A stretch of DNA of 64,000 nucleotides from assembly GCA_963771885.1 (NCBI GenBank), contig CAVYVF010000002.1, positions 384,001 to 448,000 of the forward strand. Reading direction: 5' to 3'. Shown here piece by piece: positions 47,268 through 58,839 of this stretch (positions within the stretch are counted from its first letter, which is position 1; the number at the start of each line of letters is the position of its first letter). The stretch is from Candidatus Bathyarchaeota archaeon. Its GTDB lineage: Archaea; Thermoproteota; Bathyarchaeia; TCS64. Under the pieces are notes generated by a model. It was not told where the DNA came from. It searched no databases and saw nothing but the letters and a program-made list of their open reading frames with translations. The position numbers and the translations under genes are program-made.

Positions 47268-49312
47268 TGGCAAAGCAAGTCAGCCACGAGGAAGTCTTCA
47301 CCCGCTTCGTCGAGGACTTCCGAGACGAGGAAGACGTCCTCAAGTACGAGCAGTCCATACAGGAGATGCCCATAAAGGGCATACGAAGCCTCATCGTCGA
47401 CTTCAACGACCTTTATAACTATGACATGGAGCTTGCCGCCGAGGTCATAAAAGACCCCGACAGGATACTCGACCTCTTCAGCCGCGTCGTCTTCGACAAG
47501 CTCAGGCAACGCGACCTCGTCTACGCCGAGGCGCAGAAGAAGATACACGTCCGAGTCAGAGCTCTCCCATCAATCACACCTCTGAGGAAGATTGGCTCCG
47601 AGCATATCGGGCGCCTCGTCATGATCAAGGGCATAATCGTCCGCGCTTCAGCAACAACGCCTCAAGTAATGAAGGCGGTATTCCGCTGCAGTAACTGCAA
47701 CGAGCTAAACTACATCGATCAGGACGGCGAGACACTTAAGACACCGATAAAGTGCGAGCACTGCGACAGCAAGAGCCGCTTCGACCTCGTGCCCAAGCTC
47801 TCAGTCTTTATGGACTCGCAGAGGGTGACGACTCAGGAGAGGCCGGAGGACCTACCCCCAGGGCAGTTACCGCGTAGCCTACACGTTGACCTTAAAGATG
47901 ACATCGTCGACCAAGCGCGCCCCGGTGACAGGATCACAATCGTAGGCAGCGTCGACCTACTCCAGCGCTTCGGCCGCGGTGGCCAGCTTCGCATATTCGA
48001 CATGGTAATGGAGGCGAGCCACATAGAGGTGAGCGGCCGCGAGGCGGAGATGACCGACATCTCGCCTGAGGACGAGGAGAAAATCAAGGAGATTTCGCAG
48101 GACCCGTGGGTCCACCGAAGGCTACTTCAGAGCATAGCGCCGAGCATATACGGCCACGAGAACATCAAGGAGTCAATACTCTACCTCCTCTTCGGCGGCA
48201 TTAACAAGATTCTCCCCGACGTCCGCATCAGGGGTGATATAAACGTCCTTCTCGTAGGCGACCCAGGTACGGGTAAGAGCCAGCTCCTCCAGTTCGCAGC
48301 GAAGATCGCGCCAAGGGGACTCATGACAACGGGCAGGGGGAGCACCGCCGCTGGTCTCACTGCTGCCGTAGTCAAAGAGGGGGGAACGGGCAACTTCATC
48401 CTCGAAGCAGGAGCACTCGTCCTAGCGGATCAGGGGATCTGCTGTATCGACGAGATCGACAAGATGCGCGAGGAGGACCGCGGCGCGATACACCCGGCGA
48501 TGGAGCAGCAAATAGTACCAATCGCGAAGGGAGGCATCGTCGCCACGCTTAACGCGAGGACTAGCATACTCGCAGCGGCGAACCCGACACTCGGCAGGTA
48601 CAACCCCTACCAGACCATCGGGCAGAACATCAATCTCCCAGTAACCATCCTGAGCAGGTTCGACGTCATCTTCGTCCTAAAGGACGTGCCAGACGCGGAG
48701 AAGGACGCGACGATGGCAGAGCATATACTAGGCCTCCACAGGTCCGCCGGCAGCACAATTACGTCGCCTATCGACCCCGAGCTCTTCAGGAAGTATATCA
48801 GCTACGCCAAGACACGTGTCCGCCCTCTGCTCAGCGAGGAGGTCATCACTCGCTTCCGCGACTTCTACGTCAAGATGAGGACAGCGAGCATCGAGGGAGG
48901 GGAGGCGTCGGCGGTGAGCATCACGGCGCGCCAACTGGAGAGCCTCGTCAGGCTCGCAGAGGCACGCGCCAAGGCACACCTGCGCAACGAGGTCACCAAG
49001 GAGGACGCCGAGGCTGTCATCACCCTCATGCAGAGCAGCCTCGAGCAGGTGGGCATCGACGTCTCGACGGGCCAGATAGACATCGACATCCTCTACACGG
49101 GCAAGCCGAGGAGCCTGCAGACGCAGCTACAGAAGGTGCTCGGCAAGATTGCGGAGCTTGAGAGGACCGGGCCGGTGAAGGACGACGACCTCTACGAGGC
49201 ACTCGCCGAGGACGGGGTAAATAGGAGCGAGGCGGCGAAGCTCATAAGTACGCTGATGAGAGACGGCACCATCTTCTCGCCGCGCCCAGGCACGTACAGG
49301 CGCGCCTCCTAA
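47267..49312 (+). CDS. mcm: MCM replicative helicase
   Basis: Zn finger, GDPGTGKSQ, IDEIDKM, SRFD, ITARQLESL. Confidence 0.97.
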   Translation: MAKQVSHEEVFTRFVEDFRDEEDVLKYEQSIQEMPIKGIRSLIVDFNDLYNYDMELAAEVIKDPDRILDLFSRVVFDKLRQRDLVYAEAQKKIHVRVRALPSITPLRKIGSEHIGRLVMIKGIIVRASATTPQVMKAVFRCSNCNELNYIDQDGETLKTPIKCEHCDSKSRFDLVPKLSVFMDSQRVTTQERPEDLPPGQLPRSLHVDLKDDIVDQARPGDRITIVGSVDLLQRFGRGGQLRIFDMVMEASHIEVSGREAEMTDISPEDEEKIKEISQDPWVHRRLLQSIAPSIYGHENIKESILYLLFGGINKILPDVRIRGDINVLLVGDPGTGKSQLLQFAAKIAPRGLMTTGRGSTAAGLTAAVVKEGGTGNFILEAGALVLADQGICCIDEIDKMREEDRGAIHPAMEQQIVPIAKGGIVATLNARTSILAAANPTLGRYNPYQTIGQNINLPVTILSRFDVIFVLKDVPDAEKDATMAEHILGLHRSAGSTITSPIDPELFRKYISYAKTRVRPLLSEEVITRFRDFYVKMRTASIEGGEASAVSITARQLESLVRLAEARAKAHLRNEVTKEDAEAVITLMQSSLEQVGIDVSTGQIDIDILYTGKPRSLQTQLQKVLGKIAELERTGPVKDDDLYEALAEDGVNRSEAAKLISTLMRDGTIFSPRPGTYRRAS

Positions 49313-49617
49313 ATTAAAGTATACACCATTTTTGTCGACGGAGTTATCACTATTAATTGGGAGATTACTCGAAAGATCATTGGTGACAAAATTGCAGAGT
49401 ATAAGTAATGAAGAACGCGTGCGGCATCAACTCGGTGAAGAGGGATGTGGCAGCCGCAGAAGTCAATGACATGACCGAGTAGCTCTTTATCCAGTCGCAT
49501 CGTTTCCTGCGAAGACGTTTTTACCCAGAGTTGCAAGGATATATTCCTCAGCGCTTCTGGGAAACCCTTAAACGATTACCGGGTCTGCCTATTGTTATCG
49601 CGGGCGCACTGGAGGAA

Positions 49618-50693
49618 GTGACACGGTAATCAAGGTCGCCATCGCAGGCGTCGGAAACTGCGCATCCGCCCTCGTGCAGGGCGTTGAGTTCTACAAGAAC
49701 GTCGAGAGGGACGAGGACATCCCCGGCGTCATGCACGCTTACTTCGGGGACTACCACATCAGGGATGTCAAGTTCGTCGCCGCCTTCGAGGTAAACAAGG
49801 CGAAGATCGGCAAAGACATCTCGGACGCTATCTGGGCGAAGCCAAATTGCTGCGCTAAATTCAGCGACGTCCCCAAGACGGGAGCTAAGGTCTACGCCGG
49901 CCCCATCAGTGACGGCGTCGCGCCTCATATGTACGAGGCGTTCAACGCGGATAAAAACATCGAAACCGTCGACGTCACTCAGATACTGAAGGAGTCGGAC
50001 GCTGATATGTTGATAAACTACCTACCCGTCGGCAGCGCCAAGGGCACACAGATATACGCCCAGGCTGCACTCGACGCGGACTGCGCATTCATCAACTGCA
50101 TTCCTGAGTTCATCTGCAGCGTCCCTACGTGGGCTAAGAAGTTTGAGAAGAAGGGACTACCCGTCGCCGGCGACGACATCAAGAGCCAGGTGGGAGCCAC
50201 GATCGTTCACCGCGTGTTGGCGAAGTTGTTTTACGACCGCGGCGTCAAGATCGATTCGACCTACCAACTCAACATCGGTGGCAACACCGACTTCCTCAAC
50301 ATGACTGTCGAGAATAGGCTCAAGACGAAACGCGTCAGTAAGACCCAGGCGGTCCAGAGCCTAATCCCGTACGACGTGCCGACTAGGATCGGCCCCTCGG
50401 ACTACGTACCGTTCCTAGAAGACCATAAGGTCTGCTACATCAGGATAAACGGCAAGGCATTCGGAGACCTCCCGCTCGTGATGGACGCTAAACTCTTCGT
50501 CAACGACAGCCCCAACAGTGGAGGCGTCGTCATCGATGTTGTCCGTGCCGTGAAGATAGCCCTTGACAGAGGCATCGGCGGACCTCTCCTTGGGATAAGT
50601 AGCTATAGCTTCAAGCACCCGCCACAGCAGGTCCCTGACGATCAGGCCCACCAGTGGGTTGAGGACTTCATCGCTGGTAAGAAAGATCGTTAA
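49618..50693 (+). CDS. ino1: myo-Inositol-1-phosphate synthase (start region probably frameshifted)
   Basis: IKVAIAGVGNCASALVQG, NYLPVGS, GDDIKSQVGAT, GGNTDF, DSPNS. Confidence 0.93.
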
Positions 50694-50699
50694 ATGATT

Positions 50700-51200
50700 T
50701 TAATCTGGGAACCAAAGGGCGAGTTCCGTATTCGCCTCATCCAGGTTTCCAGAAGCGTGTATAAGGTTCTCGCAGGCACGCTCCTCGGCTGTGCTCTTGG
50801 CGATCGAGTCTGTGCCGAAGTCGCCTCTTATGGTGCCTTTTTCGGCGGCGGCGGGGTCAGTATAACCGGTAACCTTCCTGACAAGCAGGATTGCATCCTC
50901 ACCTGCAAAGCCTATCGCCAAGACGGGGTTGCGCATGAAGTACTTTCGGACACGTTCGAGAACCTTCATCCCGTGTGCCTTGGCGTCAGTGATCCCGGGG
51001 GAAGCAAGCTGCGCCTTTTTCCCAAGCCCCTCAGCCATGGAGTCCGGGTAATGCTTCCTGAGAATGGCTTCATTCACGCAACGGTAGTAGTGCATGTCGA
51101 CGATCTTCAGCCCTGCCCTTTCGTAGCGGTCGATTATCGCCCCGACGAGGTTTCTCTCCAGGGCGTCGGGTTTCAGGATAACAAGCGTCTCCTGGTACAT
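50700..51200 (-). CDS. ndk: Nucleoside diphosphate kinase
   Basis: TLVILKPDA, GTIRGDF, NLIHASG. Confidence 0.95.
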   Translation of the reverse strand: MYQETLVILKPDALERNLVGAIIDRYERAGLKIVDMHYYRCVNEAILRKHYPDSMAEGLGKKAQLASPGITDAKAHGMKVLERVRKYFMRNPVLAIGFAGEDAILLVRKVTGYTDPAAAEKGTIRGDFGTDSIAKSTAEERACENLIHASGNLDEANTELALWFPD

Positions 51201-51407
51201 TCTAATCCTGATATCGGGAACCCCATAGACTATAACCGCTTCGCCGCACGAAGGGGAGGGGCGTCATCTGAAAAAACTAAATAAAAGCCCTTTTAACCAA
51301 AATAACCCTAAATAGGAGACCGTTAGCGATCGACAGTGTACTAAAAAGTACACTTAACGCGTTGATATGTATCGCGAAAAGATGTTAAAAGAGGGTGAAT
51401 AGCAGTC

Positions 51408-51593
51408 TTAGCGCTGCTGGCCCCACGCCTTAGTCCACTTGAACTTGCGCGGGTCCCTGTTCAGCTTTAAGCTGCACTTTCTGCACTTGCTCCCGCAGAA
51501 CCTGAGGACGCGCCCGTCCCTACGGACGAAGCCTATCCCGGTTCCCGGGGCAATGTCGCTCCCACAGAACGCGCACTTGTAGACAGTCGGCAT
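51408..51593 (-). CDS. rpl24e: 50S ribosomal protein L24e
   Basis: CAFCG.DI.PGTG, FCGSKC, PRKFKWT. Confidence 0.95.
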   Translation of the reverse strand: MPTVYKCAFCGSDIAPGTGIGFVRRDGRVLRFCGSKCRKCSLKLNRDPRKFKWTKAWGQQR

Positions 51594-51602
51594 ACACTAT
51601 AC

Positions 51603-51815
51603 CTACCTGATCTTCCTAGCCTCGCGCTCCGTCTCCCTGAGCAGCAGCAGGTCGTCAATTCTCACCGGGCCCTTGACGTTCCTGGTGATGATGCGGCCCT
51701 TGTCCTTGCCATCCTCTATCCTGACGCGGACCTGCATCACCTCTCCGGTGAGACCCGTCCTGCCAAGTATCTGGATGACCGTAGCCTGCGTCAGGCTTTC
51801 CTGTTCCTCGGACAC
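51603..51815 (-). CDS. rps28e: 30S ribosomal protein S28e
   Basis: [25 protein letters not shown]. Confidence 0.96.
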   Translation of the reverse strand: MSEEQESLTQATVIQILGRTGLTGEVMQVRVRIEDGKDKGRIITRNVKGPVRIDDLLLLRETEREARKIR

Positions 51816-51826
51816 AGAGGTTCACC

Positions 51827-52216
51827 CTACTTTACGATTGCCTTGAGCTTCTCGGCGATCTCGGCGACGAGCTTTTCCGAGTCACCCGTCTCCTCGATGG
51901 CGGCGGCCGCGCTGCCCACCGTGAGTCCGAGAGCCTCGCCGATGCGCTGCTTCTCGGGAACGTAGACGTACGCTGCCTTCCTCTCATCGCAGAGGAGTGG
52001 GAGATGTGCAACCACCTCAGGGGGTGAGACGTCCTCGGCTATGAGGACGAGTTTCGCTTTGCCCCTCTCGATCGTCTTGGTCGTCTCGTTCGTACCCTTC
52101 CGGATCTTACCCGTCTCGCGGGCGACCTTCAGAGCCTCGTAGGCGGCCTCGACTACTTCCTTGGGGACTTCGAACTTTACGTAGAATGGTTTCTTCGAAG
52201 GATCGGACACAGTCAT
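51827..52216 (-). CDS. rpl7ae: 50S ribosomal protein L7Ae
   Basis: [25 protein letters not shown]. Confidence 0.96.
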   Translation of the reverse strand: MTVSDPSKKPFYVKFEVPKEVVEAAYEALKVARETGKIRKGTNETTKTIERGKAKLVLIAEDVSPPEVVAHLPLLCDERKAAYVYVPEKQRIGEALGLTVGSAAAAIEETGDSEKLVAEIAEKLKAIVK

Positions 52217-52279
52217 TTCCTCCAGTTGTGCATACTAGCCACCGACCCTTTGTTTTTAAACGTTATGTAAAGGGTGGGG

Positions 52280-54006
52280 CTAGTCGTGGGCGTAGTAGAG
52301 CCTGAGAGGATCCTTGGAGTCGACGCGTACAAAGCCGAAACGCTCGAACTGAAGCATATCGTCCACCTTTAAGCCTGAGACGAGGCTCTCAGCTCTACCG
52401 GAGGCTATTGACGCGTCTGCCATAACAACCTCAGTGGGAATGGACTTGTCATCGGTGACCCAATGGATGAAGGGCATCCCCTTCTCTCTCGCTACCTGGT
52501 GCTCCTTTGAGTGGTATTTCGCCTCGGCGATCTTTCCCACCTTGGTCACCTCGACGTTGACGAGTCCCATGAGACGAATAAGCTTCCCTTTAGCCTCTAC
52601 GAGGTCCTTCGAGGGTAGGAGGAACGTGCACACACCCTTCTCGGACTCGATAGTGTACTCCCTGTGGCCTTTCTCGGGGTGGTCGGGGTGTAAGGGCAGT
52701 TTCGCGTGCAGCGCCTCCTTGACGCCCTTTACCATCAAGCTCCACCGGGTCCCTGACGAAGAAGTACCTGTTCGAGTGCGGGTCTATAATCTTCTTGTTC
52801 GCGGCGGCGAAGTTGCCCCAGCTAATCGTGACGTTGATTGGCTTTGGGCCGACCTGTACCATTATCTCGCGGATGGTCTCAGGTTGGATTCCACGGCGCT
52901 TGAGGGCACGTAGGGTACCGAGCCTCGGGTCATCCCAGCCAGTAAACGAGCCAGCGTCCACGCCAGCCCTGATCTTTGACTTGCTGAGGATGCCCGCCTC
53001 CAATCCGAGACGTCCCACGTTGATGACCTCGGGGAACTGCCAGCCGAAGTGGTCGTAAAGATACTTCTGGCGAGCGCTGTTCACCTCGTGTTCCTTACCC
53101 CTGATGACATGGCTGACTCCCATGAGGTGGTCGTCAACAGCGCAGCTGAAGTTGTAGAGAGGCCAGACGCGGTATTGCTTCTTTTGTATTGGGTGTGATC
53201 GCGTGCTTATTCTGAGGGCGGGCCAGTCGCGTATGGCGGGGTTCGGGTGAGCGATATCAGTCTTAATTCTCACCACCGCCTCGCCGCGCTTGAAGCTGCC
53301 ATCCAGCATCATTCTCCAACGCCTCAGATGCTCCTCAGGGGGCAAGTTCCCTGCAGAGGCACGGCTCCTTGGCCATGTAGAGCCTTTTGTACTCCTCCGA
53401 CTCACAGGTGCAGACGTACGCCTGCCCCATCGAGAGAATCTTCTCCGCCCATTCGTAGTAAATGGGGAGCCGCTCAGATTGGACGTACTTCTCATCCACT
53501 TTGACGCCGAGCCACACGAGATCCTCGGGTATCCACTGGTACATCTGCGGGATCGGCGGTTTCACGTCGGCGCTCGTGTCCTCGAAGCGGAGTATGAAGT
53601 GGCCTTTGTACATCTTGGCGTACTCGTCGCTGAAGATTATCGACTCGGCGCTGCCGAGGTGGAGAGGGCCGTCCGGGTTGGGGGCGAACCGGACCTTGAC
53701 CATGGGCCACTTGTCCACGTTCTTGAGCGGCGGCATTGTCTTCCTCTCCTCCGGCTTCTTCGCCTCGAAGAGCTCGGGCCACTGCTTGACGGTTTCCATG
53801 ATTTTCTCTAGAGGCCAGGAGTTGACGTCGGCGACGACGCCCATGATGAGGCGCTGGACGTCCTTAGCGTTTGTCTTCGCGTCGGGGTACTCTGCGAAGA
53901 TGCGACCCATAACGGAGCCTGGATTAGCCTTACCCCCGTACTGAGAGGCGTTGAATACGGCATACTTGATCGCGGATGCCTTGATCTTATCGAGATCGAG
54001 TCCCAA
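52280..54006 (-). CDS. gltX: Glutamyl-tRNA synthetase (two 1-nt frameshifts near 53350 and 52739)
   Basis: RFAPNPDGPLHLG, RFEDT, DDHLMGVSHVIRG, LSKS, WDDPRLGT, QFERFGF spread across three frames. Confidence 0.95.
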
Positions 54007-54067
54007 AGGAGACCACTACGCAGCAATAGGCTGGCGGAAAACACTTATCCTTTTCCTAAATGGAAGT

Positions 54068-55072
54068 TCAGTACTTGCGCGCCGTGAAGTAGTCGACGAG
54101 GGCGAACAGGTCTTTTTTCGCTTGCGTGTCTGGGAGGGCGTCAAACCTCCTCTTCGCTGAGGCGATGTACTTATCCCCCTTCTTGAGTGCGTAGTCGAGG
54201 GAGCCAATATTGACCATGATCTTGTTGACCTCGGCTATCTCCGTAGGTGTCGCCTCGTGATTCCCGAGTACGCCGAGTATCTTCTCCCTCTGCTTCGGCT
54301 TCGCCTTACGTAGGGCGTGTATCATGATGAGGGTCTTCTTTCCTTCCCTGATGTCGCTGCCGATTGGCTTGCCGAGTGTCTTCTCGTCCGCCGACGCGCC
54401 GAGGTAATCGTCCATAATCTGGAAGGCTATGCCCGCCTCGTATGCGAACTTGCCGAGGGCATTTACCTGCCGCGTCTTCCCTCCACCGACGATGGCGCCG
54501 ACCTCGGCGCAGGCGCGGAATAGGGCACTCGTTTTACCCCCGACCATCGCGACGTAGTCCTCTTCTGACACATCGACGGTATTCGGGAAGGAGACGTCGA
54601 GTACCTGTCCCTCGCAGACCTCTATTGTTGCCTCTGTCGCCTTCTCTATGCACATCTTTACCCGCCTAGGGTTGAGGCTGGCGGGGGCATACACAGTCAT
54701 CGCCTCGAAGACCTTGGCGAAGAGGAGGTCACCTGCGCAGATCGCCATCGGTATCCCCCATCTAGTGTGGACTGTAGGTGCGCCGCGACGGACTGGATCG
54801 TTATCCATCACGTCGTCGTGGACGAGTGTGAAATTGTGAAGCAACTCGAAAGCGGCGGCGAACGGAATCGCATCTGCAGGGTTCCCACCGACCGCCTCGC
54901 ATGCCTTTAACGTTAGGAAGGGTCTCAGCCGCTTACCGCCGGCGAGTAAAAGGTGCCGCGACGCCTCATAGAGGATCTCGGGCCTCCGGGGCGTCAAGAT
55001 CTCGTCGATGAAAACGTCCACCGGTTTGGTGCTCTCGACGAGTTTTCTCTTTATCGCGTCGCCGCTCGACAT
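54068..55072 (-). CDS. idsA: Geranylgeranyl diphosphate synthase (polyprenyl synthetase)
   Basis: GGKRLRP, HDDVMD..RRG, KT, FQIMDDYL, SDIREGK. Confidence 0.93.
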   Translation of the reverse strand: MSSGDAIKRKLVESTKPVDVFIDEILTPRRPEILYEASRHLLLAGGKRLRPFLTLKACEAVGGNPADAIPFAAAFELLHNFTLVHDDVMDNDPVRRGAPTVHTRWGIPMAICAGDLLFAKVFEAMTVYAPASLNPRRVKMCIEKATEATIEVCEGQVLDVSFPNTVDVSEEDYVAMVGGKTSALFRACAEVGAIVGGGKTRQVNALGKFAYEAGIAFQIMDDYLGASADEKTLGKPIGSDIREGKKTLIMIHALRKAKPKQREKILGVLGNHEATPTEIAEVNKIMVNIGSLDYALKKGDKYIASAKRRFDALPDTQAKKDLFALVDYFTARKY

Positions 55073-55115
55073 GGCAACCAGTGGTTAGCAACCCGCGTCA
55101 GAGATAAAAGCTGTC

Positions 55116-56207
55116 CTACCTTCCACGCGTCGCATATGCGGCGGGGTCGAAACCCCTCACACGTAACCACTCAGCTGTCCAGCCGGTGACGACGACGGGA
55201 ACGCCCCGCATCTCAGCGACGCTTCGAGCACCCATGAGGAACATACTGATACGCATCTCTTCGATGATGGTCTTTATGTGCTTCTCGAGGACCTCCTCAC
55301 CCTCGACAGCCTTCTGGAGGAAGGGCTTAGCTATCCCAACTGCTTCCGCGCCGAGGGCGAGCACCTTTGCTACGTCAAGCCCCGTGCGTAACCCTCCGGA
55401 GGCGATTATCTTCCCCTTGGAAGCTGCCCTGACCTCGACTAAACTGCACGTGGTGGGTATGCCCCAGTTCCAAAGAGCTTTACCGAGGTACTCCATCTTG
55501 TCATCTCCGACCTCGCGGGCGATATGGTGCTCGACCGCAGCCCAACTTGTACCACCGAGACCGCTTATCTCGAAACCCGCGACGCCTGCTGCCTCGAGCC
55601 TGCGCGCGTCCTCGTACGAGATACCTGCACCGGTCTCCTTCATGACTATCGGGACACCGAGCTCAGCGGTAAGAGCCTTAACTTTATCGACTATGCCTTT
55701 GAAGTTAGTGTCTCCGTCTACCTGGATGGCTTCCTGGAGGGGGTTCATATGTATTGCGAGTGCGTCTGCGTCAATCATCTTAACGGCCTTTCTCGCCTCC
55801 TTGATGCCCCAACCTAGGCTTAGTTGTGGGCAGCCGATGTTGGCGATTACGAGAGCGTGAGGCGCGGATTCGCGGACGATCCTGAAAGTCCGCTCTACTT
55901 CAGGTTGTTGAATTGCGATCCTCTGGCTCCCGACACCTATGCCTACGCCCAACTTCTCAGCGATCGTGGCAAGGGTCCTGTTGATCTTCTCAGCTTCCTC
56001 GGTTCCGCCCGTTATTGCAGAGATTATGAGTGGCGCGCTGAGGCTCTTGCCGAATAGCTCAATTCCAGTGTCAACGTCTTTGAGGTCGATCTCGGGTACT
56101 GCCCTATGTACGAGGTTCACGTCCTCTAATCCCGTCGGCACGTCTGAGTTCACCTTCTCCTCGAGGCTTACCCTGATGTGTCTCTGCTTTCTCTTCGTGA
56201 TGCTCAT
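55116..56207 (-). CDS. fni: Type 2 isopentenyl-diphosphate isomerase
   Basis: RKQRHI, TGG, GSQR, HMNPLQE, KETG, GGTSW, ASGG. Confidence 0.95.
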   Translation of the reverse strand: MSITKRKQRHIRVSLEEKVNSDVPTGLEDVNLVHRAVPEIDLKDVDTGIELFGKSLSAPLIISAITGGTEEAEKINRTLATIAEKLGVGIGVGSQRIAIQQPEVERTFRIVRESAPHALVIANIGCPQLSLGWGIKEARKAVKMIDADALAIHMNPLQEAIQVDGDTNFKGIVDKVKALTAELGVPIVMKETGAGISYEDARRLEAAGVAGFEISGLGGTSWAAVEHHIAREVGDDKMEYLGKALWNWGIPTTCSLVEVRAASKGKIIASGGLRTGLDVAKVLALGAEAVGIAKPFLQKAVEGEEVLEKHIKTIIEEMRISMFLMGARSVAEMRGVPVVVTGWTAEWLRVRGFDPAAYATRGR

Positions 56208-56211
56208 TTAT

Positions 56212-56991
56212 TCATCTCCTCAGCCACGTGCAGGGTACCTTCTCCCCACGCAGTGCAGCGTTAACGATCCCCAGCTTGAGGGCGTTAACTAGTTGGACTG
56301 AGACGCCCGCCTCGACGGCGGCGCCGGCTTCGCCTATTTTACCAAGCATTCCGCCGGTCACGTCGGTCGAAAGAGCTTCTCCTATTCGTATCATACCTTT
56401 CATCTGGCTCAGGGAGAGCTCCTCGATTAGCTTTGCCTCTTTTACTAGCTTGGGATTCGCGGTGAAGACGCCGTCGACATCGACACCGAAGAGCAGTTTG
56501 GACGCGCCTAGTTCCGTCGAGAGGCGCACAGCAAGCTGATCGCCTGATAGTATCGTGAACCTCCTCGCGGAGTCGAGCACAGCGTCCCCGTAGAGGACGG
56601 GCACCATGTTCGACTCGAGGGCTCGTGTGACGAGTGAAAGGTTCACGTCAATAATGCGGCGATCCTCGGTGACTATGAATGAGGAGGGTGCGACCGACAT
56701 AGCGGGTATGCCCGCTTCTAGTAGTGCCTCGACAATCAGAGCATTGAGCTCGACCATCGCCTGATGGGTAAACGAGAAGCCCGTAAGTTGTCGTGGATAT
56801 TTGTAGCCGTCGACGATCTCGTACTCCTTCGCGAGAGGATGACCGTAGGAGCCGCCGCCGTGGACTATGATTAACTGCCTCGGTCCGGCGGTCGCGATCT
56901 CTGAGGCGAGCCTCCTGATCGCCTCTTTATTCGCTGCCTTTGGGAGATCTTTGTGTGTGACAACCGAGCCGCCGAGTTTAAGGACTTCCAT
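56212..56991 (-). CDS. Isopentenyl phosphate kinase
   Basis: KLGGSVVT, HGGGSYGH, SGDQ, DVTGGM; located in the mevalonate cluster. Confidence 0.92.
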   Translation of the reverse strand: MEVLKLGGSVVTHKDLPKAANKEAIRRLASEIATAGPRQLIIVHGGGSYGHPLAKEYEIVDGYKYPRQLTGFSFTHQAMVELNALIVEALLEAGIPAMSVAPSSFIVTEDRRIIDVNLSLVTRALESNMVPVLYGDAVLDSARRFTILSGDQLAVRLSTELGASKLLFGVDVDGVFTANPKLVKEAKLIEELSLSQMKGMIRIGEALSTDVTGGMLGKIGEAGAAVEAGVSVQLVNALKLGIVNAALRGEKVPCTWLRR

Positions 56992-57973
56992 CTTCGATCT
57001 TCCTCGTCTTCACTCCCTCGTCTGTAAGGTTCACTCTCATTGATTGACCCCGGGCAGCGCGTATCCCCTTCTCCACTTTACCGAGGTTCTCTGCGTCAGC
57101 CAGTGCTATCATGCAGCCTCCACCGCCCGCACCGGTGAGTTTAGCACCGAGCGCCCCCTCCTGTCTGGCAACGTAGATGAGGTCGTCGAGTTCAATCGTC
57201 GATACGCCTATGGCTGAGAGGAGCCCCTGGTTGAGGTTCATTAGGTCGCCTAGCTTTCCCACATCCCTGCGGAGCAGGGCGTCAAGGCCTACCTGTGAGA
57301 GGCTTGCCATCGTGTATATGATGGGGTCGACGATCTCAGGATTCCTGTCCTTGAGTGCCTTGACGTTTTCGACCATGTTACGGGTCGACCGCTTTTTCCG
57401 CGTATTCCCAATGATGAACGGGAGAGGCTCGTCTAGTTGTAGTCTTTTTAGACCTACTCCTCTCTCGAAGCGCATGATGCCCCCGTAGGTTGCGACACTG
57501 TTATCAGCGCCGCTCGGGTTGCCGTGTATTACCTTCTCACCCTCGAAGCTTAGCTCCGAGATCTTCTCCTTCGTGAGGTTGCCGTCGAATAGCTCGCCGA
57601 TGGCGGCGGTCGTGGCGACGCAGACGGCGGCAGATGAGCCGAGGCCGACGGCGATGGGTATCATGCTCCTGACCTTGAGGTTGACTCCCGAGTCTACGCC
57701 GAGGTGCTTCATGACGTTCCTCGCCGCGACCTCCAAAGCGGACATGTTCCTGCCTCTCCAAGCTTTACCAGTGACGGCGGTGTAATTTCCTTCATCGAAG
57801 AAGCCGCTGAATCCGAGGTCCTCGGAGTCTATGTAGATCTTCTTGTCATCGCGGCGGGAGGCGGTTACTGTAGCCCTACGGTCTACGGCTAGGAGTATGG
57901 CGGGTCCCTTGTAGACGACGCTGTGTTCTCCGAATAGTATTATTTTGCCTGGGGCGGTTGCCTCTGCGATCAT
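56978..57973 (-). CDS. mvk: Mevalonate kinase
   Basis: PGKIILFGEHSVVY, GLGSSAA, HGNPSG, KLTGAGGGG. Confidence 0.95.
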   Translation of the reverse strand: MIAEATAPGKIILFGEHSVVYKGPAILLAVDRRATVTASRRDDKKIYIDSEDLGFSGFFDEGNYTAVTGKAWRGRNMSALEVAARNVMKHLGVDSGVNLKVRSMIPIAVGLGSSAAVCVATTAAIGELFDGNLTKEKISELSFEGEKVIHGNPSGADNSVATYGGIMRFERGVGLKRLQLDEPLPFIIGNTRKKRSTRNMVENVKALKDRNPEIVDPIIYTMASLSQVGLDALLRRDVGKLGDLMNLNQGLLSAIGVSTIELDDLIYVARQEGALGAKLTGAGGGGCMIALADAENLGKVEKGIRAARGQSMRVNLTDEGVKTRKIEDGSP

Positions 57974-58828
57974 CTAGAGCACCGTTCGGGTGAGCTTCGC
58001 AGAGGCGTATCCGACTACCGCCCCCCGGTCACCCGTTATATCCCCACTCGTATGATATGATAAGATTTCTGCCCTGTCGGCTCTGAGGAGCTTGGAGGCG
58101 ACTATTGTGGCGGAGACCGGGCCGTAGCCGCACATCGTGATTCGATTCTTAGCGACAGCGTTTTGAACGCCTGCTTCGTCGAGCTTCTCAACAGAGTCGA
58201 GGACGAGACGATCCTTCCTCGCTGCCGACTCTTGTGGTTCCTGATGAGTCATATCCGTCGAGGCGATTACGATGACGTTCCTGCCCTTCGCAGCCTCGGC
58301 TACCGCCTCACCGACGTTCCTGCTCGTCTCGAGGTCCTGTAACCCCATGCAGATGGGGACGATGCTGATCGATGAGCCGTAGATGAACTGGAGGAATGGC
58401 AGCTGGACCTCTATTGAGTGCTCGTACTGGTGAGCAGACTCGTCGAGGTCGATCATGCCGGAGGCACGAAAGATGGCTTCCGATAACTCTATGTCTATCT
58501 TAACCTTGCCGAGAGGGGTTTCCCATGCGCCTTCACCCATGAGAGAGACTGCACTGCCTAGCCCCGTGTGGTTCGGACAGAGGATCACTGCTGTATCCGG
58601 CGCCTTTTGTTCTGAGAGGGCTAGGTAACCGTGGGCTGCAACGTGTCCGCTGTAGACGTAGCCGGCGTGGGGGGAGACGATGGCTGTGATGGTCCGGGGT
58701 TTATCACCCTTCACCGGCAGCCTGCCTGGGCCGAGCTCGTGTTTGAATGAGTTTTCAATTTCACGCCTGAGGCGCTGCGGTTCGCGGGGGTAGAAGCTCC
58801 CCGCGACGTAGGGGCGCCTCACCGACAA
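57974..58828 (-). CDS. MEMO1 family protein (AmmeMemoRadiSam protein B)
   Basis: AGSFYP, PHAGYVYSG, EHSIEVQLPFLQ, STDMTH, TMCG. Confidence 0.93.
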   Translation of the reverse strand: MSVRRPYVAGSFYPREPQRLRREIENSFKHELGPGRLPVKGDKPRTITAIVSPHAGYVYSGHVAAHGYLALSEQKAPDTAVILCPNHTGLGSAVSLMGEGAWETPLGKVKIDIELSEAIFRASGMIDLDESAHQYEHSIEVQLPFLQFIYGSSISIVPICMGLQDLETSRNVGEAVAEAAKGRNVIVIASTDMTHQEPQESAARKDRLVLDSVEKLDEAGVQNAVAKNRITMCGYGPVSATIVASKLLRADRAEILSYHTSGDITGDRGAVVGYASAKLTRTVL

Positions 58829-58839
58829 CTTAGAACCTC

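Noticed and set aside
49309..49536. 75-aa ORF between mcm and ino1
   Set aside because: No recognisable features; may be decayed sequence
49618..50693. ino1 as evidence for mycothiol synthesis with the GT4/PIG-L genes
   Set aside because: The glycosyltransferase has BshA-specific motifs and the ligase is BshC-like, not MshC; Ino1 is expected for archaeal inositol lipids
21019..54006. Many single-base frameshifts (EF-2 ~21101, DinB ~37721, PPC ~39169, Zn ribbon ~41175, TIGR00300 start, mtnA ~45725, ino1 start, gltX ~52739 and ~53350; also methyltransferase ~7046) read as pseudogenes or programmed frameshifting
   Set aside because: They hit essential genes whose sequence is otherwise intact, share no slippery motif and often lie in short homopolymers; sequencing indel errors are the simplest explanation
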